Assembly: GCA_030745835.1 (NCBI GenBank)
Contig: JASLNU010000043.1
Coordinates: forward strand, 920-64,919
Length of the DNA: 64,000 nt
Direction: 5' to 3'
DNA from: Rhodospirillales bacterium
GTDB taxonomy: Bacteria; Pseudomonadota; Alphaproteobacteria; Rhodospirillales; UBA2165
Shown: piece after piece, positions 1 to 9,903 of the stretch
Layout of the letters: the number at the start of each line of letters is the position of its first letter
Numbering within the stretch: the first letter of the stretch is position 1
The notes under the pieces: generated by a model
What the model saw: the letters and a program-made list of their open reading frames with translations, nothing else
The model's database searches: none
What the model was told of the DNA's origin: nothing
Position numbers and translations under genes: made by a program

Positions 1-106
1 GCCGCCGGATGATGGAATTCGAGGGCGAGGGCCGCCGCCAGGATGAACAACAGCCGGCTTAGCGCATTATCCGACCAAATAATCTTTGAGTATCACACCG
101 GGCCGG

Positions 107-1066
107 TCAGGCCGCCGCCTGGTCGCGCAGGTTCTGCAGGCTGCCGCCGCGCATGATCGAGCCGGGCAGCGGGTGGCCGACCACATCCTCGGCCAGGCGC
201 GCGCATTCGGCCAGCGCATCCAGATCAAGGCCGGTGTCGATGCCCATTTCCTCGCACATGAAAACCAGATCCTCGGTGCAGACATTGCCCGCCGCCGCCT
301 TGTTGCCGGCGAACGGGCAGCCGCCGAGGCCGGCGACGCAGGCATCGAAATGGGCGACCCCCATTTCCAGCCCGGCATAGGCGTTGGCGATGCCCATGCC
401 GCGCGTATCGTGCAGGTGCAGGGCGTATTCCAGGTCCGGATATTGGTCCTGCAGGGCGCCGACGCACCGCTTGATGCGGTCGGGCGTGCCCCAGCCCATG
501 GTATCCAGCAACAGGAACCGTTTCAGCGAAACGTCGTGCTCGGCGGTGATGTCGAAAATGACCTTGGCCAAGTCCATGATCTTGGAAACCGGCACGTCGC
601 CCTCGAAATTGCAGCCGAAGGCGGCCGAGATGCCGGCCATTTCGACGGGCATGCCGTGGCTCTTGTAACGTTCGATGGTGCCGTGCAGCTCGGCGACCTG
701 CTGTTCGCCGGTGCGGTTCTGGTTGCGCTTCAAGAAGGTTTCCGAAGCGCAAAGATTAAGATTGCCCTTCATCGCCAGGCGTCCGGTCGCGGCTGCCCGC
801 TCGAAGCCTTTTTCGTTGAGCCAGAGCCCGGTGTAATCGACGCCCGGCTGCATATCGATGCCGGCCACCACTTCCTCGGCATCGGCCATGTTGGGCACCA
901 GCTTGGGGCTGACGAAGGAAACGATCTGGATGGTCTTCAGGCCGGTTTTCGAAAGCGCGTTGATAAACTCGATCTTGCGCGCCGTCGGCACGAATTCCTT
1001 TTCGATCTGAAAGCCCTCGCGCGGGCCTTCCTCCTTGATCTCGACGGATTTGGGAAAATTCGGCAT
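107..1066 (-). CDS. Hydroxymethylglutaryl-CoA lyase family (DRE-TIM C-C lyase)
   Basis: ORF 107..1138. EEGPREGFQ near the N-terminus, plus HLHDTRGMGIANAYAG and GLGGCPFA motifs typical of HMG-CoA lyases. Start trimmed to ATG 1066 (MPNFPK), preceded by GGAGGA. Confidence 0.85.
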   Translation of the reverse strand: MPNFPKSVEIKEEGPREGFQIEKEFVPTARKIEFINALSKTGLKTIQIVSFVSPKLVPNMADAEEVVAGIDMQPGVDYTGLWLNEKGFERAAATGRLAMKGNLNLCASETFLKRNQNRTGEQQVAELHGTIERYKSHGMPVEMAGISAAFGCNFEGDVPVSKIMDLAKVIFDITAEHDVSLKRFLLLDTMGWGTPDRIKRCVGALQDQYPDLEYALHLHDTRGMGIANAYAGLEMGVAHFDACVAGLGGCPFAGNKAAAGNVCTEDLVFMCEEMGIDTGLDLDALAECARLAEDVVGHPLPGSIMRGGSLQNLRDQAAA

Positions 1067-1106
1067 GTCATCCTCCGCTTTATTCCTAGGCGCGGCCCGG
1101 CAACTG

Positions 1107-1141
1107 CCGGCATCGCCAATTACCCCCGGCATCGCCAATTA
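1107..1141. promoter_or_regulatory. Two perfect 16-bp direct repeats CCGGCATCGCCAATTA (1107-1122, 1126-1141) in a divergent control region
   Basis: Read directly from the sequence. 19-bp period, between the lyase (ATG 1066, minus) and hydratase (ATG 1254, plus) genes. Confidence 0.5.
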
Positions 1142-1253
1142 TCCTTTGCCAAGGGCGGGCTCAATATCTAATCATTAGTTTTCCATAAAGTGCCGTTCCC
1201 GGCAATCATTCCGGTGCGGCATATTCGTAGGCTGCAACAAACGGGGGTGCGAA

Positions 1254-2039
1254 ATGGCCAAAGATGACATACTCGAGGTTAGGACCCGGGACAAAATCTG
1301 TTTTCTGACCCTAAACCGGCCCGATGTCCGGAACGCATTCAACGCCGAAATGAATGCGATGATGGCGGAAGCCATTCTGGCCGCCGATTACGATCCCGAT
1401 GTCTTCATGGTGGCCATCACCGGGGCCGGCGACAAGGCGTTCTGTTCCGGTGCCGATTTGAACGAAGCGCGCGAGGCCGATGACGCCGGCAAGGTGTTCC
1501 GGGGGCCGCTGCATAGCGGGCGGCGCGGATTGTTCGAGATTATGCTCGATTCCAAGAAGCCGATCATGGCCATCGTCAATGGCCCGGCCATCGCCGGCGG
1601 CTGCGAACTGGCGCTGGCGGCGGATCTGCGCGTCGTCGCGGAAAACGCCTTCTTTGCCCTGCCCGAGGCGAAGCGCGCCCGCGGCGCCCATTTCGCCTCG
1701 GTGGTGCTGCCGCAAATGGTGCCGCCCGGCATCGCCATGGAATGGCTTTATACCGGCCGCCGCATTCCGATCGACGAAGCCGAGCGCTGGGGCCTGGTGA
1801 ACCGCCGGGCGCCGCTCGAGAACTTGATGGATACGGCCATGGAATTGGCCAACCATATCCTGTCTTCGGCGCCGCTGTCGCTGCAACGCATGAAGCTGAC
1901 CTACCGCAAGACCGTGGGGCTACCCTTGCTCGCCGGTATGCGGCTCGATGTCGGCCCCGATGTCTATGCATCCGAGGATCAGGTGGAGGGCGCGCGCGCT
2001 TACTTGGAAAAACGCGATCCGGTGTGGAAGGGACGCTGA
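1254..2039 (+). CDS. Enoyl-CoA hydratase/isomerase (crotonase) family
   Basis: ITGAGDKAFCSGADL and NGPAIAGGCELALAADLR crotonase oxyanion-hole motifs; 261 aa. Confidence 0.85.
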   Translation: MAKDDILEVRTRDKICFLTLNRPDVRNAFNAEMNAMMAEAILAADYDPDVFMVAITGAGDKAFCSGADLNEAREADDAGKVFRGPLHSGRRGLFEIMLDSKKPIMAIVNGPAIAGGCELALAADLRVVAENAFFALPEAKRARGAHFASVVLPQMVPPGIAMEWLYTGRRIPIDEAERWGLVNRRAPLENLMDTAMELANHILSSAPLSLQRMKLTYRKTVGLPLLAGMRLDVGPDVYASEDQVEGARAYLEKRDPVWKGR

Positions 2040-2067
2040 TCCGGCGCCGCCAAGGTACACCCGACCA

Positions 2068-4209
2068 ATGGCAGACGGCAAAACCACCATGTACCACGCC
2101 CTGAAACCGCTGTTTCAGCCGGCCAACGTGGCCGTCATCGGCGCCTCCAATACGCAAGGCAAGCAGGGCAATACGGCGATCCGTTATTTGCGGCGTTGCG
2201 GCTATCCCGGCGGTATTTTTCCGGTCAATCCGGCCGGCGGCGAGATCGAGGGGCTGAAATGCCATGCCTCCATCGCCGAGATACCGGAAAAGATCGATTG
2301 CGCGCTGATCGTCATTCCCGCCGGCCCGGCGGTGGAGGCGGTTCGTGGCTGCGCCGAGGCCGGCGTCGGCGCGGTCATCATCGGCGCCGCCGGCTTTGCG
2401 GAACTGGACAGCGATGAAGGCCGCCGCCGCCAGGATGATGTGGTGGCCATCGCGGCCGAACATGGGCTGCGCATCCTCGGTCCCAACACCAACGGCATAT
2501 TCAACGCGCACCATAAGCTGTCCCTCGGCTACAACAACTCGCACGGCGATGCGCTGACCCCGGGCCCGGTATCCATCGCCGCCCATTCGGGGGCGCTGTT
2601 CAACTCCATCGCGCCGCGCCTCCGCAGCCTGCGCGCCGGGCTCTCCAAGTTCGTTCCGGTCGGCAACGAAGCCGACCTCGATATGCTCGACTTCCTTGAA
2701 TATTTTATCGAAGACCCCGATACCGAGGTGATCGGGCTGATCATCGAGGCCCTATCCGACGGCGCCCGGCTGCGTGGGCTGGCGGCGCGCGCGCGCAACG
2801 CCGATAAGCCGATAGTGGCGCTGAAATTGGGCCGCTCCGCCGCCGGCGCCGGCGCCGCGGCGGCCCATTCATCGCGGCTGGCCGGCAGCGCCCGCGCCTA
2901 CGACGCCCTCTTCTTGGAATGCGGCATCGCCTCGGTGCCGACGGTGGAAGCGATGGCCGGTGCCGCGGCGCTGTTGATGAACCGCGCCGATCAGGCGTTT
3001 CCGGGTAACAACGCGCTGATCGGCATTTCGACCACCGGCGGCGGCGCCGCCTTGCTCGCCGACCATGCCGAGGCGCGCGGCATTCCGCTGGCCGGCAACG
3101 CGGCCGGCCAATGGGAAGGCAGGGTCGCCGAAACCATCGCCAGCTTCGATGGCGCCGGGCAAATCCGTAATCCGACCGACGTCCCATCGCTGGGCGGCAA
3201 CGAGCGCCTGTCCGAATTGTTCGAAGCGCAGGAAAAGGACGGCTATTCGGGGCCCCTTGCCTTGTTCACCCACCTGGTGCCGACCCTCGAGGGATCCCAT
3301 GACGTTGCGGCGCGCATCATCGAGCGCCACCGGCGCACCCGCACTCCGGCCATCGCCATCGCGCCCGGCGGGCTGACCGAGGAAATCGAAGCGGGCTACC
3401 GCGATGCCGGCATTCCTTTCTTCACCGACCTCGCCGCCGCCTTCGATGCCTTGAGCGCCTATTACCAGGCCTATCCGGCGGCCGGGGCGGCGGTGGCGCC
3501 CAAATTGGATGCCGGCTTAAGCGCCGGCCTGGAGGATGCCAAGGAGCAACTCGCCGCCGCCGCCGGGCGCCAGTTCCTGACCGAGGTCGAAAGCGCAGAT
3601 TTGCTGCGCGGGCTCGGCCTGCCGATGGTCGAATGCCGCATTATCGACGGCATGGCCAGCGCCGGCGAAGCCGCCGAGGAATTGGGATACCCGGTGGTCC
3701 TGAAGGCGCTGGCGCCGGATGTCACCCATAAGAACCGGCTCGGCTTCGTGATTGCCGGCATCACCGGCGACATCGAATTGGCTGAAGCGGTGGTGACCAT
3801 GGAGGGGCGCATCGCCGGGCTCGATTACAGCGCCACCGAGGTTCCCCTGATCATGCAGCCGATGGCCAAGGGCGCCGCCGAGATCATCCTCGGCGCCAGC
3901 TTCGAGCCCGGCCTCGGCCATTTCCTGATCGCCGGCCTCGGCGGCGTCTATACCGAAATCCTGGACGAGGCGGTCCTGATACCGGTTCCCGCCGCGGCGG
4001 AGGTCATCGAAAAGCGGCTCGCGGTGACGCGCATCGGCCGCCTGATCGCATCGATCGGCCCCGTCCAGCCGGTGATCGACACCCTTGCCGCCCTGTCCCA
4101 ACTGGTCGCCGACAACCCCGATACCATCGCAGCCGTCGACATCAATCCGATGTTGCTGGACGAAAGCGGCGCCACCGCCGTCGACGCGCTGATCGTGCTG
4201 GCGAGTTAG
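2068..4209 (+). CDS. ADP-forming acyl-CoA synthetase family (CoA-binding + ligase-CoA + ATP-grasp, fused)
   Basis: ORF 1948..4209, start trimmed to ATG 2068 (MADGKT). N-terminal NVAVIGAS..PVNP CoA-binding fold and RILGPNTNG. C-terminal ATP-grasp-like region (LGYPVVLKALAPDVTHK). Confidence 0.75.
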   Translation: MADGKTTMYHALKPLFQPANVAVIGASNTQGKQGNTAIRYLRRCGYPGGIFPVNPAGGEIEGLKCHASIAEIPEKIDCALIVIPAGPAVEAVRGCAEAGVGAVIIGAAGFAELDSDEGRRRQDDVVAIAAEHGLRILGPNTNGIFNAHHKLSLGYNNSHGDALTPGPVSIAAHSGALFNSIAPRLRSLRAGLSKFVPVGNEADLDMLDFLEYFIEDPDTEVIGLIIEALSDGARLRGLAARARNADKPIVALKLGRSAAGAGAAAAHSSRLAGSARAYDALFLECGIASVPTVEAMAGAAALLMNRADQAFPGNNALIGISTTGGGAALLADHAEARGIPLAGNAAGQWEGRVAETIASFDGAGQIRNPTDVPSLGGNERLSELFEAQEKDGYSGPLALFTHLVPTLEGSHDVAARIIERHRRTRTPAIAIAPGGLTEEIEAGYRDAGIPFFTDLAAAFDALSAYYQAYPAAGAAVAPKLDAGLSAGLEDAKEQLAAAAGRQFLTEVESADLLRGLGLPMVECRIIDGMASAGEAAEELGYPVVLKALAPDVTHKNRLGFVIAGITGDIELAEAVVTMEGRIAGLDYSATEVPLIMQPMAKGAAEIILGASFEPGLGHFLIAGLGGVYTEILDEAVLIPVPAAAEVIEKRLAVTRIGRLIASIGPVQPVIDTLAALSQLVADNPDTIAAVDINPMLLDESGATAVDALIVLAS

Positions 4210-4228
4210 GCGCCGGAGCGTCAGGCCG

Positions 4229-5158
4229 CTAACGCACCTGGAAGACGATCTTGCCGCGCACGTGGCCGGTGGCGCTTAGTTCGTGCGCTTCGCGCACTTG
4301 ATCGAGCGACATGAACTGCATCTCCGGGGCCTTGACGGCGCCCGCGGTTATGAATTCCGAAATGCGGTCCATATAGGCGCGGGCGCGCTTCACATTGGGG
4401 CGCATAACCTCGACATCGTCCCGGGGGGCGGTGAAGCCTTCGGGCTGGCCGGCGATCCAGACCATCCTGCCGCCCGCTTTAAGGACCGCAAAGCTGCGCG
4501 CATGGACCTCGCCGCCGACGGTGTCGAAGACCACGTCGCAATCGGAAACCGCTTCGGTGAAATCGGTGCTATTGTAATCGATCACCTCGTCGGCGCCGAG
4601 GTTCGAGACGTAGTCATGATTGCCGGGGCTCGCCGTGGTGATTACATGGGCGCCGAGATGATGACCGATCTGGATGCCGAGGCTGCCGACGCCGCCGGCG
4701 CCGCCCTGGACCAAGAGCTTCTGGCCGCTGGTCAGGCGCGCCGTGTCTTCGAGGGCGATCATCGCGGTCAGCGTGGTGAGGGCGAGGGCGGCGGCTTCGT
4801 CGTGGCTGATCGATGCCGGCTTCAGCCCGACCAGGCCGGCATCGATGGCGATGGCCTCGGCATAGGCGCCGTCGACGCCTTGAACGGCAACGCCATAGAC
4901 CTCGTCGCCGGGGCTCAAACCCTCGGCGCCGTCGCCCAATTCGCGCACCACGCCGGAAAAATCGCGCCCCAGGATGTGCGGGAAATAACCTTCCGCCGGA
5001 TCGGCGTAGGAGCCCCCCCGCGATTTCCAATCGGCGGGATTGACGGTGGCGGCGTGGATATCGATCAGCGCCTCGCCGGGGCCCGGTGCCGGGTCCGCAA
5101 TGTCGCGCACTTGAAGCACCTCGGGTCCGCCGAATGCGTCGATCTGTACGGCTTTCAT
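4229..5158 (-). CDS. NAD(P)H:quinone oxidoreductase / zinc-type alcohol dehydrogenase superfamily (MDR)
   Basis: MKAVQIDAFGGPEVL start and the LVQGGAGGVGSLGIQ nucleotide-binding motif; 309 aa. Confidence 0.8.
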   Translation of the reverse strand: MKAVQIDAFGGPEVLQVRDIADPAPGPGEALIDIHAATVNPADWKSRGGSYADPAEGYFPHILGRDFSGVVRELGDGAEGLSPGDEVYGVAVQGVDGAYAEAIAIDAGLVGLKPASISHDEAAALALTTLTAMIALEDTARLTSGQKLLVQGGAGGVGSLGIQIGHHLGAHVITTASPGNHDYVSNLGADEVIDYNSTDFTEAVSDCDVVFDTVGGEVHARSFAVLKAGGRMVWIAGQPEGFTAPRDDVEVMRPNVKRARAYMDRISEFITAGAVKAPEMQFMSLDQVREAHELSATGHVRGKIVFQVR

Positions 5159-5299
5159 GATTTCCTCCTGAATTTACATTGGCGCGAATTTGCGGGGCGG
5201 CGTCGGCTCCGTCAAGCAGCGACTTTTTTGGAAGGCTTCTAAACAAGCGAACGACCTATTATAATCCCGGCACGTACTGGCATTCAGGAGAAAAAGACC

Positions 5300-5842
5300 A
5301 TGAGCAAAGCGCGCCTCGTTTCCGGCTTCCATCATTTCGCGCTGGAGGTGTCGGACATGGAAAAATCCATCGCCTTCTACCGCGAACTGTTCGGCTTCAA
5401 GCTGTCCGAGCGGCACCCGCCGGGCGAGATTGTGGCGATCCCGGTGGAGCTGGCATTCCTGCGCGTCGGCGACAATCACCACGATCTGGTGCTATCCCAT
5501 AACCCTAAGAAGAAATACCGCAAGCGCACGCCCGAGGACGATGCCGAGGGGCCGGCCTACATCCATCATTTCGCCTTCGGCTGCCCGGACCGGGAAGCCT
5601 GGCTGGAAGTGATGGAGATGGTCAAGGCGCGCGGCATCGAGATTATCCGGGGGCCGGTGGTGCATTCCAAATACCAGCCCGGCGGCGAAGGTTCCTGGGG
5701 CGAAAACGAATCCTTCTACATTCTCGATCCCGACGGGCACCGGCTGGAACTGTTCTGCGACATGGCGACCATCGATGCCGACGGCACCTTCGTCACCGTC
5801 CGCGGCGAGCGCATCGAGGAAGCCAAGGTCGAGGAAATATAA
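5300..5842 (+). CDS. VOC family protein (glyoxalase / small extradiol-dioxygenase-like)
   Basis: HHFALEVSDMEKSIAFYRELFGF and IHHFAF..DPDGHRLELF, the paired beta-alpha-beta-beta-beta module signatures; 180 aa. Confidence 0.7.
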   Translation: MSKARLVSGFHHFALEVSDMEKSIAFYRELFGFKLSERHPPGEIVAIPVELAFLRVGDNHHDLVLSHNPKKKYRKRTPEDDAEGPAYIHHFAFGCPDREAWLEVMEMVKARGIEIIRGPVVHSKYQPGGEGSWGENESFYILDPDGHRLELFCDMATIDADGTFVTVRGERIEEAKVEEI

Positions 5843-5871
5843 GTCCCGCCATCGGCGGCTCGTTTGCCGGC

Positions 5872-6828
5872 CTATTCACCTTCGCCGGGTTCGGCGGCGC
5901 GCGCCCGGTCGCGCAGGTGCCCACCGATGCTTTGCGCCTCGATGAAGACGCGCTTGATCTCGGGATAGGTTTCCTTGATGCGGCTTTCCATGTCGGATAT
6001 CGCGGCCTCGACCTCATCCGAATCCATGTCGCCGGAAAAATCGACGCTCAGGGTCAAAAGAATATCCTCGGGGCCCATATGCATGGTCAGCACCTCGTTG
6101 ATGGCGTTGATGCCGCCCGAGGTGGAGACCAGGGCGCGGACCCCGTCGACGGTCGCCGCGCTCGCCCCTTCGCCGATCAAGAGCCCCTTGCATTCATAGG
6201 CGAGCAACGCCGCCGTCACCGCCAGGATGGCGCCGATGGCGATCGACGCGACGCCGTCCAAGATGGGCATATTCAGCGCCCCGGCCAGCCAGATGCCGAC
6301 GAAGGCGACGATCAGGCCGAGCATGGCGGCGGTATCCTCAAACAGGACGGTGAAGATGGCCGGGTCCTTGGAGCGGCGGATGGCTTCGATAAACCCGCGT
6401 CCGCCGCGGCTGCGGTTAAACTCGCGGTAGGCCACGGTCCAGGCGACGGCTTCGAAAACGGCGGCTAGCCCAAGGACGATGAAATTGACCGAAACATCGG
6501 TGATCGGATGGGGTTCGCGAATTTTGGAAATGCCCTCGAAGACCGAGACGCCGGCGCCGAGGCCGAAGATGATGATGGCCACCACGAAGGTCCAGAAATA
6601 AAGCTCCATCCCGTAGCCGAAGGGATGCTGGCTGTCCGCCGGTTTGCCGGCGCGCCGGAGGCCATAGAGCAATAGAAGCTGGTTGCCGGTATCGACCAGC
6701 GAGTGGATGGCTTCGGACAGCATTGCCGAGGAACCGGTGAAGGCGGCGGCGAAAAATTTGGTCGCCGCGATAAGCAAGTTGCCGAAAAATGCGGCATAGA
6801 TGACTTTTCTTGAAGCGGCGTGCGCCAT
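5872..6828 (-). CDS. Cation diffusion facilitator (CDF) family metal efflux transporter
   Basis: ORF 5872..6927, start trimmed to ATG 6828 (MAHAASRKV). Six hydrophobic segments, an HSLVDTGNQ motif and a C-terminal cytoplasmic domain. Confidence 0.8.
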   Translation of the reverse strand: MAHAASRKVIYAAFFGNLLIAATKFFAAAFTGSSAMLSEAIHSLVDTGNQLLLLYGLRRAGKPADSQHPFGYGMELYFWTFVVAIIIFGLGAGVSVFEGISKIREPHPITDVSVNFIVLGLAAVFEAVAWTVAYREFNRSRGGRGFIEAIRRSKDPAIFTVLFEDTAAMLGLIVAFVGIWLAGALNMPILDGVASIAIGAILAVTAALLAYECKGLLIGEGASAATVDGVRALVSTSGGINAINEVLTMHMGPEDILLTLSVDFSGDMDSDEVEAAISDMESRIKETYPEIKRVFIEAQSIGGHLRDRARAAEPGEGE

Positions 6829-6838
6829 GTTGCGTCCG

Positions 6839-8236
6839 TCAGCCGTGTTTCCGGGCGCGCGCTTTGGCGTGGCGCGCCGCGTTGCCGCCGGCGATGCGGC
6901 CCGATGCCATCGCCCAGGCCAAGGCATAGCCGTGCCCGCCCATGAACGAGATCAGCCGCGCATTGACGCCGGCCCCAAAAAGCCCCTTGATGATCCCCCC
7001 GTCTTCGGCGATGACGTTGGTTTTCTGGTTGGTGGCGACGCCGCCGCCCGAATTGGTGATCACCCGGCGCGCCGGCCCGAGCACATGCAACGGCCCCTTG
7101 GCATTGTTGGCCAGGGCCTGGGCAAGCGATGCCGGCCTGGCGCCGATATGGCGGGCGGCGGCGGCAATCGTTTTGGCCTCGAAATGCCAGTCCCAGGCGC
7201 GGCAATCATCCAAATAGGCGTAGCCGACCCCGGTTGCCGTGCCGATGAACGGCTTGCCGGTCCGGGCCCAGCCGTCGCGTCCCGGCCCGACATCGTCGCC
7301 CGCCGTGGCCAGCTTGGCGGCGGTGGCGGCGTCGATGACAATGAATATCTCCTCCCAGCGGTCTTCGAAGCCGGGCATCAGGATAGACTCGCCGAGCTTG
7401 GTCTTGATCCGTTCGCCCTTACCGGTGACCAGCCGGGCGCCGGCCTTGATCAAACCGGGCGACGGTTCGACGAAGGGAAAATCGACGAAACGCAATTGCG
7501 GTAAGTTGACGCGCGCCATGTTCTGGACCCGGGCGCCGATGCGCATGGCCATGCGGTGGCCGTCGCCGGTGGCGTAATCGCGCAAGGGTTGGGCCAGCTT
7601 CAGCTTCGGCGCCAGCCGCTTGACCATATCGGTATTGGCGCTGTAATCGCCGGCTGCCAGGACGACGGCGCCGGCTTCAATAAAATGGGCTCCGCTGTCT
7701 GTATCGGCGCGCACCCCGGCGATGCGGCCGCGATGATCGAGGATCAATTCGGCGCCCGGCGCGTTGCATTGGATGCGCACCCGCTTTTTGATGCAGGCAT
7801 CTTCCAGCACCTTCACCAGATGCCGGCAATCGGGCTGGATGACATGCATCCTCGGGATCCCGTGCGGGCCCTCCGGGTGCGGGCCGGAAAATTCGACACC
7901 GAGAGCGATCAGGTTCTCAAGCTCCGCCGAGCAGACGCGCATCATGAATTTGGTGCTGGCGACATCGATTTTGGCGCCGGCCTCCCTGGCCATCAATTGG
8001 ACGTCGGCCAAGTGCCTTGCGTGGCTGTCCTTGACGCCCGCCGCCCGCTGCACCGAGGTTCCGGACGCGGTCATGATGCCGATCGACATGGCGGTCTTGC
8101 CGCCGGGCTCAAAGGTTTTTTCGAGGACCATGGTCTTGGCGCCGGCGGTGGCCGCCGCCAGGCCGGCGCGGAGGCCAGCACCGCCGCCGCCGACAACTAC
8201 CACATCCGCCTTTTCGTCCCAGCCCAGATTGCTCAT
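6839..8236 (-). CDS. FAD-dependent oxidoreductase (fumarate reductase / ketosteroid-dehydrogenase-like flavoprotein fold)
   Basis: N-terminal DVVVVGGGGAGLRAGLAAA..VLEK dinucleotide-binding motif; 465 aa. The substrate cannot be told from the sequence. Confidence 0.7.
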   Translation of the reverse strand: MSNLGWDEKADVVVVGGGGAGLRAGLAAATAGAKTMVLEKTFEPGGKTAMSIGIMTASGTSVQRAAGVKDSHARHLADVQLMAREAGAKIDVASTKFMMRVCSAELENLIALGVEFSGPHPEGPHGIPRMHVIQPDCRHLVKVLEDACIKKRVRIQCNAPGAELILDHRGRIAGVRADTDSGAHFIEAGAVVLAAGDYSANTDMVKRLAPKLKLAQPLRDYATGDGHRMAMRIGARVQNMARVNLPQLRFVDFPFVEPSPGLIKAGARLVTGKGERIKTKLGESILMPGFEDRWEEIFIVIDAATAAKLATAGDDVGPGRDGWARTGKPFIGTATGVGYAYLDDCRAWDWHFEAKTIAAAARHIGARPASLAQALANNAKGPLHVLGPARRVITNSGGGVATNQKTNVIAEDGGIIKGLFGAGVNARLISFMGGHGYALAWAMASGRIAGGNAARHAKARARKHG

Positions 8237-8264
8237 GCCATTCCCTTCTAAGTGATCACCGGCT

Positions 8265-9047
8265 TTAAGTCACCGGGCTTGAGCCGCCGTCGATATTGAT
8301 GGCGGTGCCGGTGACATAGCCGCCGGCGTCCGAGGCTAAAAGGCAGGCGACGTTGGCATATTCTTCCGCCGTGCCCATGCGCCCCAGGGGAATGCGCCCG
8401 CCCATGAAGTCCTGGAATTCCTCCAGCGTTTTATCCGGCGCGTTCCGATCACGCATGCTTGCCAATTGATCGGTGACGATCAGCCCGGTGCAGAGCGCGT
8501 TCACCAGGATACCGTCGGCCGCGTATTCCAGGGACAGCGATTTGGTCAGGCTCAGCCCGGCGGCGCGCGACACGGTGGTCGGGGTCGAGCCGGCGCGCGG
8601 CGACTTGGCGCCGGTATTGAGGATGTTGATGATCCGGCCCCAGCCGCGTTCCTTCATGCCCGGCACCGCCAGGCGGATCATGCGGATGGCGGCGAACAAT
8701 TTCAGATCCAGATCGGCCTGCCATTCGGCGTCGGTGATTTGCTCGAACGGTCTGGCCGCCGAGGCGCCGGCATTGTTGACCAGAATGTCGATTTGGCCGA
8801 GCGCGTCCGAAGCCTGTTCGAAGGCGCTGGTCACGCCCTCCAGGGTCGAAACGTCGGCGGCCGAGGTGACCACCTTGCCCGATGAGACCTCTTCGATCTC
8901 GGCGCGCGTCTCGGCCAGGACCTCGGCGCGGCGCGCCACGATGGCAACATTGGCGCCCGATTCCGCGAAGCGCAGGGCCATCGCCCGGCCCAGCCCGCGG
9001 CTGCCGCCGGTGATCAGCGCGTTGCGCCCGTCCAAGCGTATGTCCAT
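8265..9047 (-). CDS. Short-chain dehydrogenase/reductase (SDR)
   Basis: ALITGGSRGLGRA Rossmann motif and an NNAG motif; 260 aa. Confidence 0.8.
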   Translation of the reverse strand: MDIRLDGRNALITGGSRGLGRAMALRFAESGANVAIVARRAEVLAETRAEIEEVSSGKVVTSAADVSTLEGVTSAFEQASDALGQIDILVNNAGASAARPFEQITDAEWQADLDLKLFAAIRMIRLAVPGMKERGWGRIINILNTGAKSPRAGSTPTTVSRAAGLSLTKSLSLEYAADGILVNALCTGLIVTDQLASMRDRNAPDKTLEEFQDFMGGRIPLGRMGTAEEYANVACLLASDAGGYVTGTAINIDGGSSPVT

Positions 9048-9095
9048 TGGGTTCCTCCGCTGAAGTTGGTTGTTTCGGGAACTTTAGCATCCCGG

Positions 9096-9890
9096 CTAGC
9101 GCCCTTTCCATTCCGGCGGGCGCTTTTCCATGAAGGCGCGGCGGCCTTCGATATAATCCTCGCTATTGAAGCAGGCATCGACCAGTTCCTGGCAGCGGGC
9201 CTCGTCGCGCTGGCCGGCATCGAGGCGCGCACTGCGCACATTGACCTTCATCGAACGCACCGTCAGCGGTGCGTTGCCGGCGATCATGCGCGCCGTTTCC
9301 ATCACCGTTTCTTCCAGTTCGTCCGGCTCCACCACGTTGTTGACCAGCCCCATGCGCAGCGCCTCGGCGGCATCGAAGCGGCGCCCGGTCATCAGAATTT
9401 CGCCGGCATAGGCGGGGCCGACGAAATCGGTCAGCGCCTTGACCGAGCCGGCATCGTAGCCGAGGCCGAGCTTGACCGCCGGGATGCCGAACTGGGAATC
9501 GGTGGAGGCATAGCGCATATCCGCCTTCAAGGCGGTGGCCAGGCCGCCGCCGATGCAAAAGCCCTGGATCATCGCGATCAGCGGCTTTTCCAGGTTCTCG
9601 AAGGCGACGTTGACCCGGCGGCCAAGTTCGTTGAATTCGGCGATTTGTTCGGGCGATGAGCGCCGTTCCTCGAACTCGGAAATATCGGCGCCGGACACGA
9701 AGGCCTTGCCGCCGGCGCCGGCCATGACCACCGCGCCGATGCCGTCATCGGCCGCGTAGGCGTCCAGGATTTCGACCATCGCCAGCCGCATTTCGTGGGC
9801 CAGCGCGTTGCGCCGTTCGGGGTTGTTGAAGATCATCCAGCCGACGCCGTCCTCGGCGCGGGCGATCATCTTTTCGGTGTTCAGTTGCAT
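9096..9890 (-). CDS. Enoyl-CoA hydratase/isomerase (crotonase) family
   Basis: MAGAGGKAFVSGADISEF and GFCIGGGLATAL motifs; 264 aa. Confidence 0.85.
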   Translation of the reverse strand: MQLNTEKMIARAEDGVGWMIFNNPERRNALAHEMRLAMVEILDAYAADDGIGAVVMAGAGGKAFVSGADISEFEERRSSPEQIAEFNELGRRVNVAFENLEKPLIAMIQGFCIGGGLATALKADMRYASTDSQFGIPAVKLGLGYDAGSVKALTDFVGPAYAGEILMTGRRFDAAEALRMGLVNNVVEPDELEETVMETARMIAGNAPLTVRSMKVNVRSARLDAGQRDEARCQELVDACFNSEDYIEGRRAFMEKRPPEWKGR

Positions 9891-9903
9891 CGAAGCGCCC
9901 TCC

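Noticed and set aside
1-62. Possible C-terminal fragment of a plus-strand gene ending at TAG 60-62 (..RRMMEFEGEGRRQDEQQPA), or the start of a minus-strand membrane protein.
   Set aside because: It is too short to assign and has no recognisable motif. Both readings are equally plausible.
86-1171. Long ORFs antisense to, or out of frame with, confidently assigned genes. Examples are 86..1171 (+), 1576..2586 (-), 26300..28027 (+), 35182..36831 (-), 45862..47133 (-), 47152..48894 (-), 52309..53673 (+) and 59964..61823 (-).
   Set aside because: Each overlaps a gene with clear family motifs on the other strand or frame. Their translations are Arg/Gly/Ala/Pro-rich low-complexity strings, typical of shadow ORFs in high-GC DNA. 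None has a convincing RBS.
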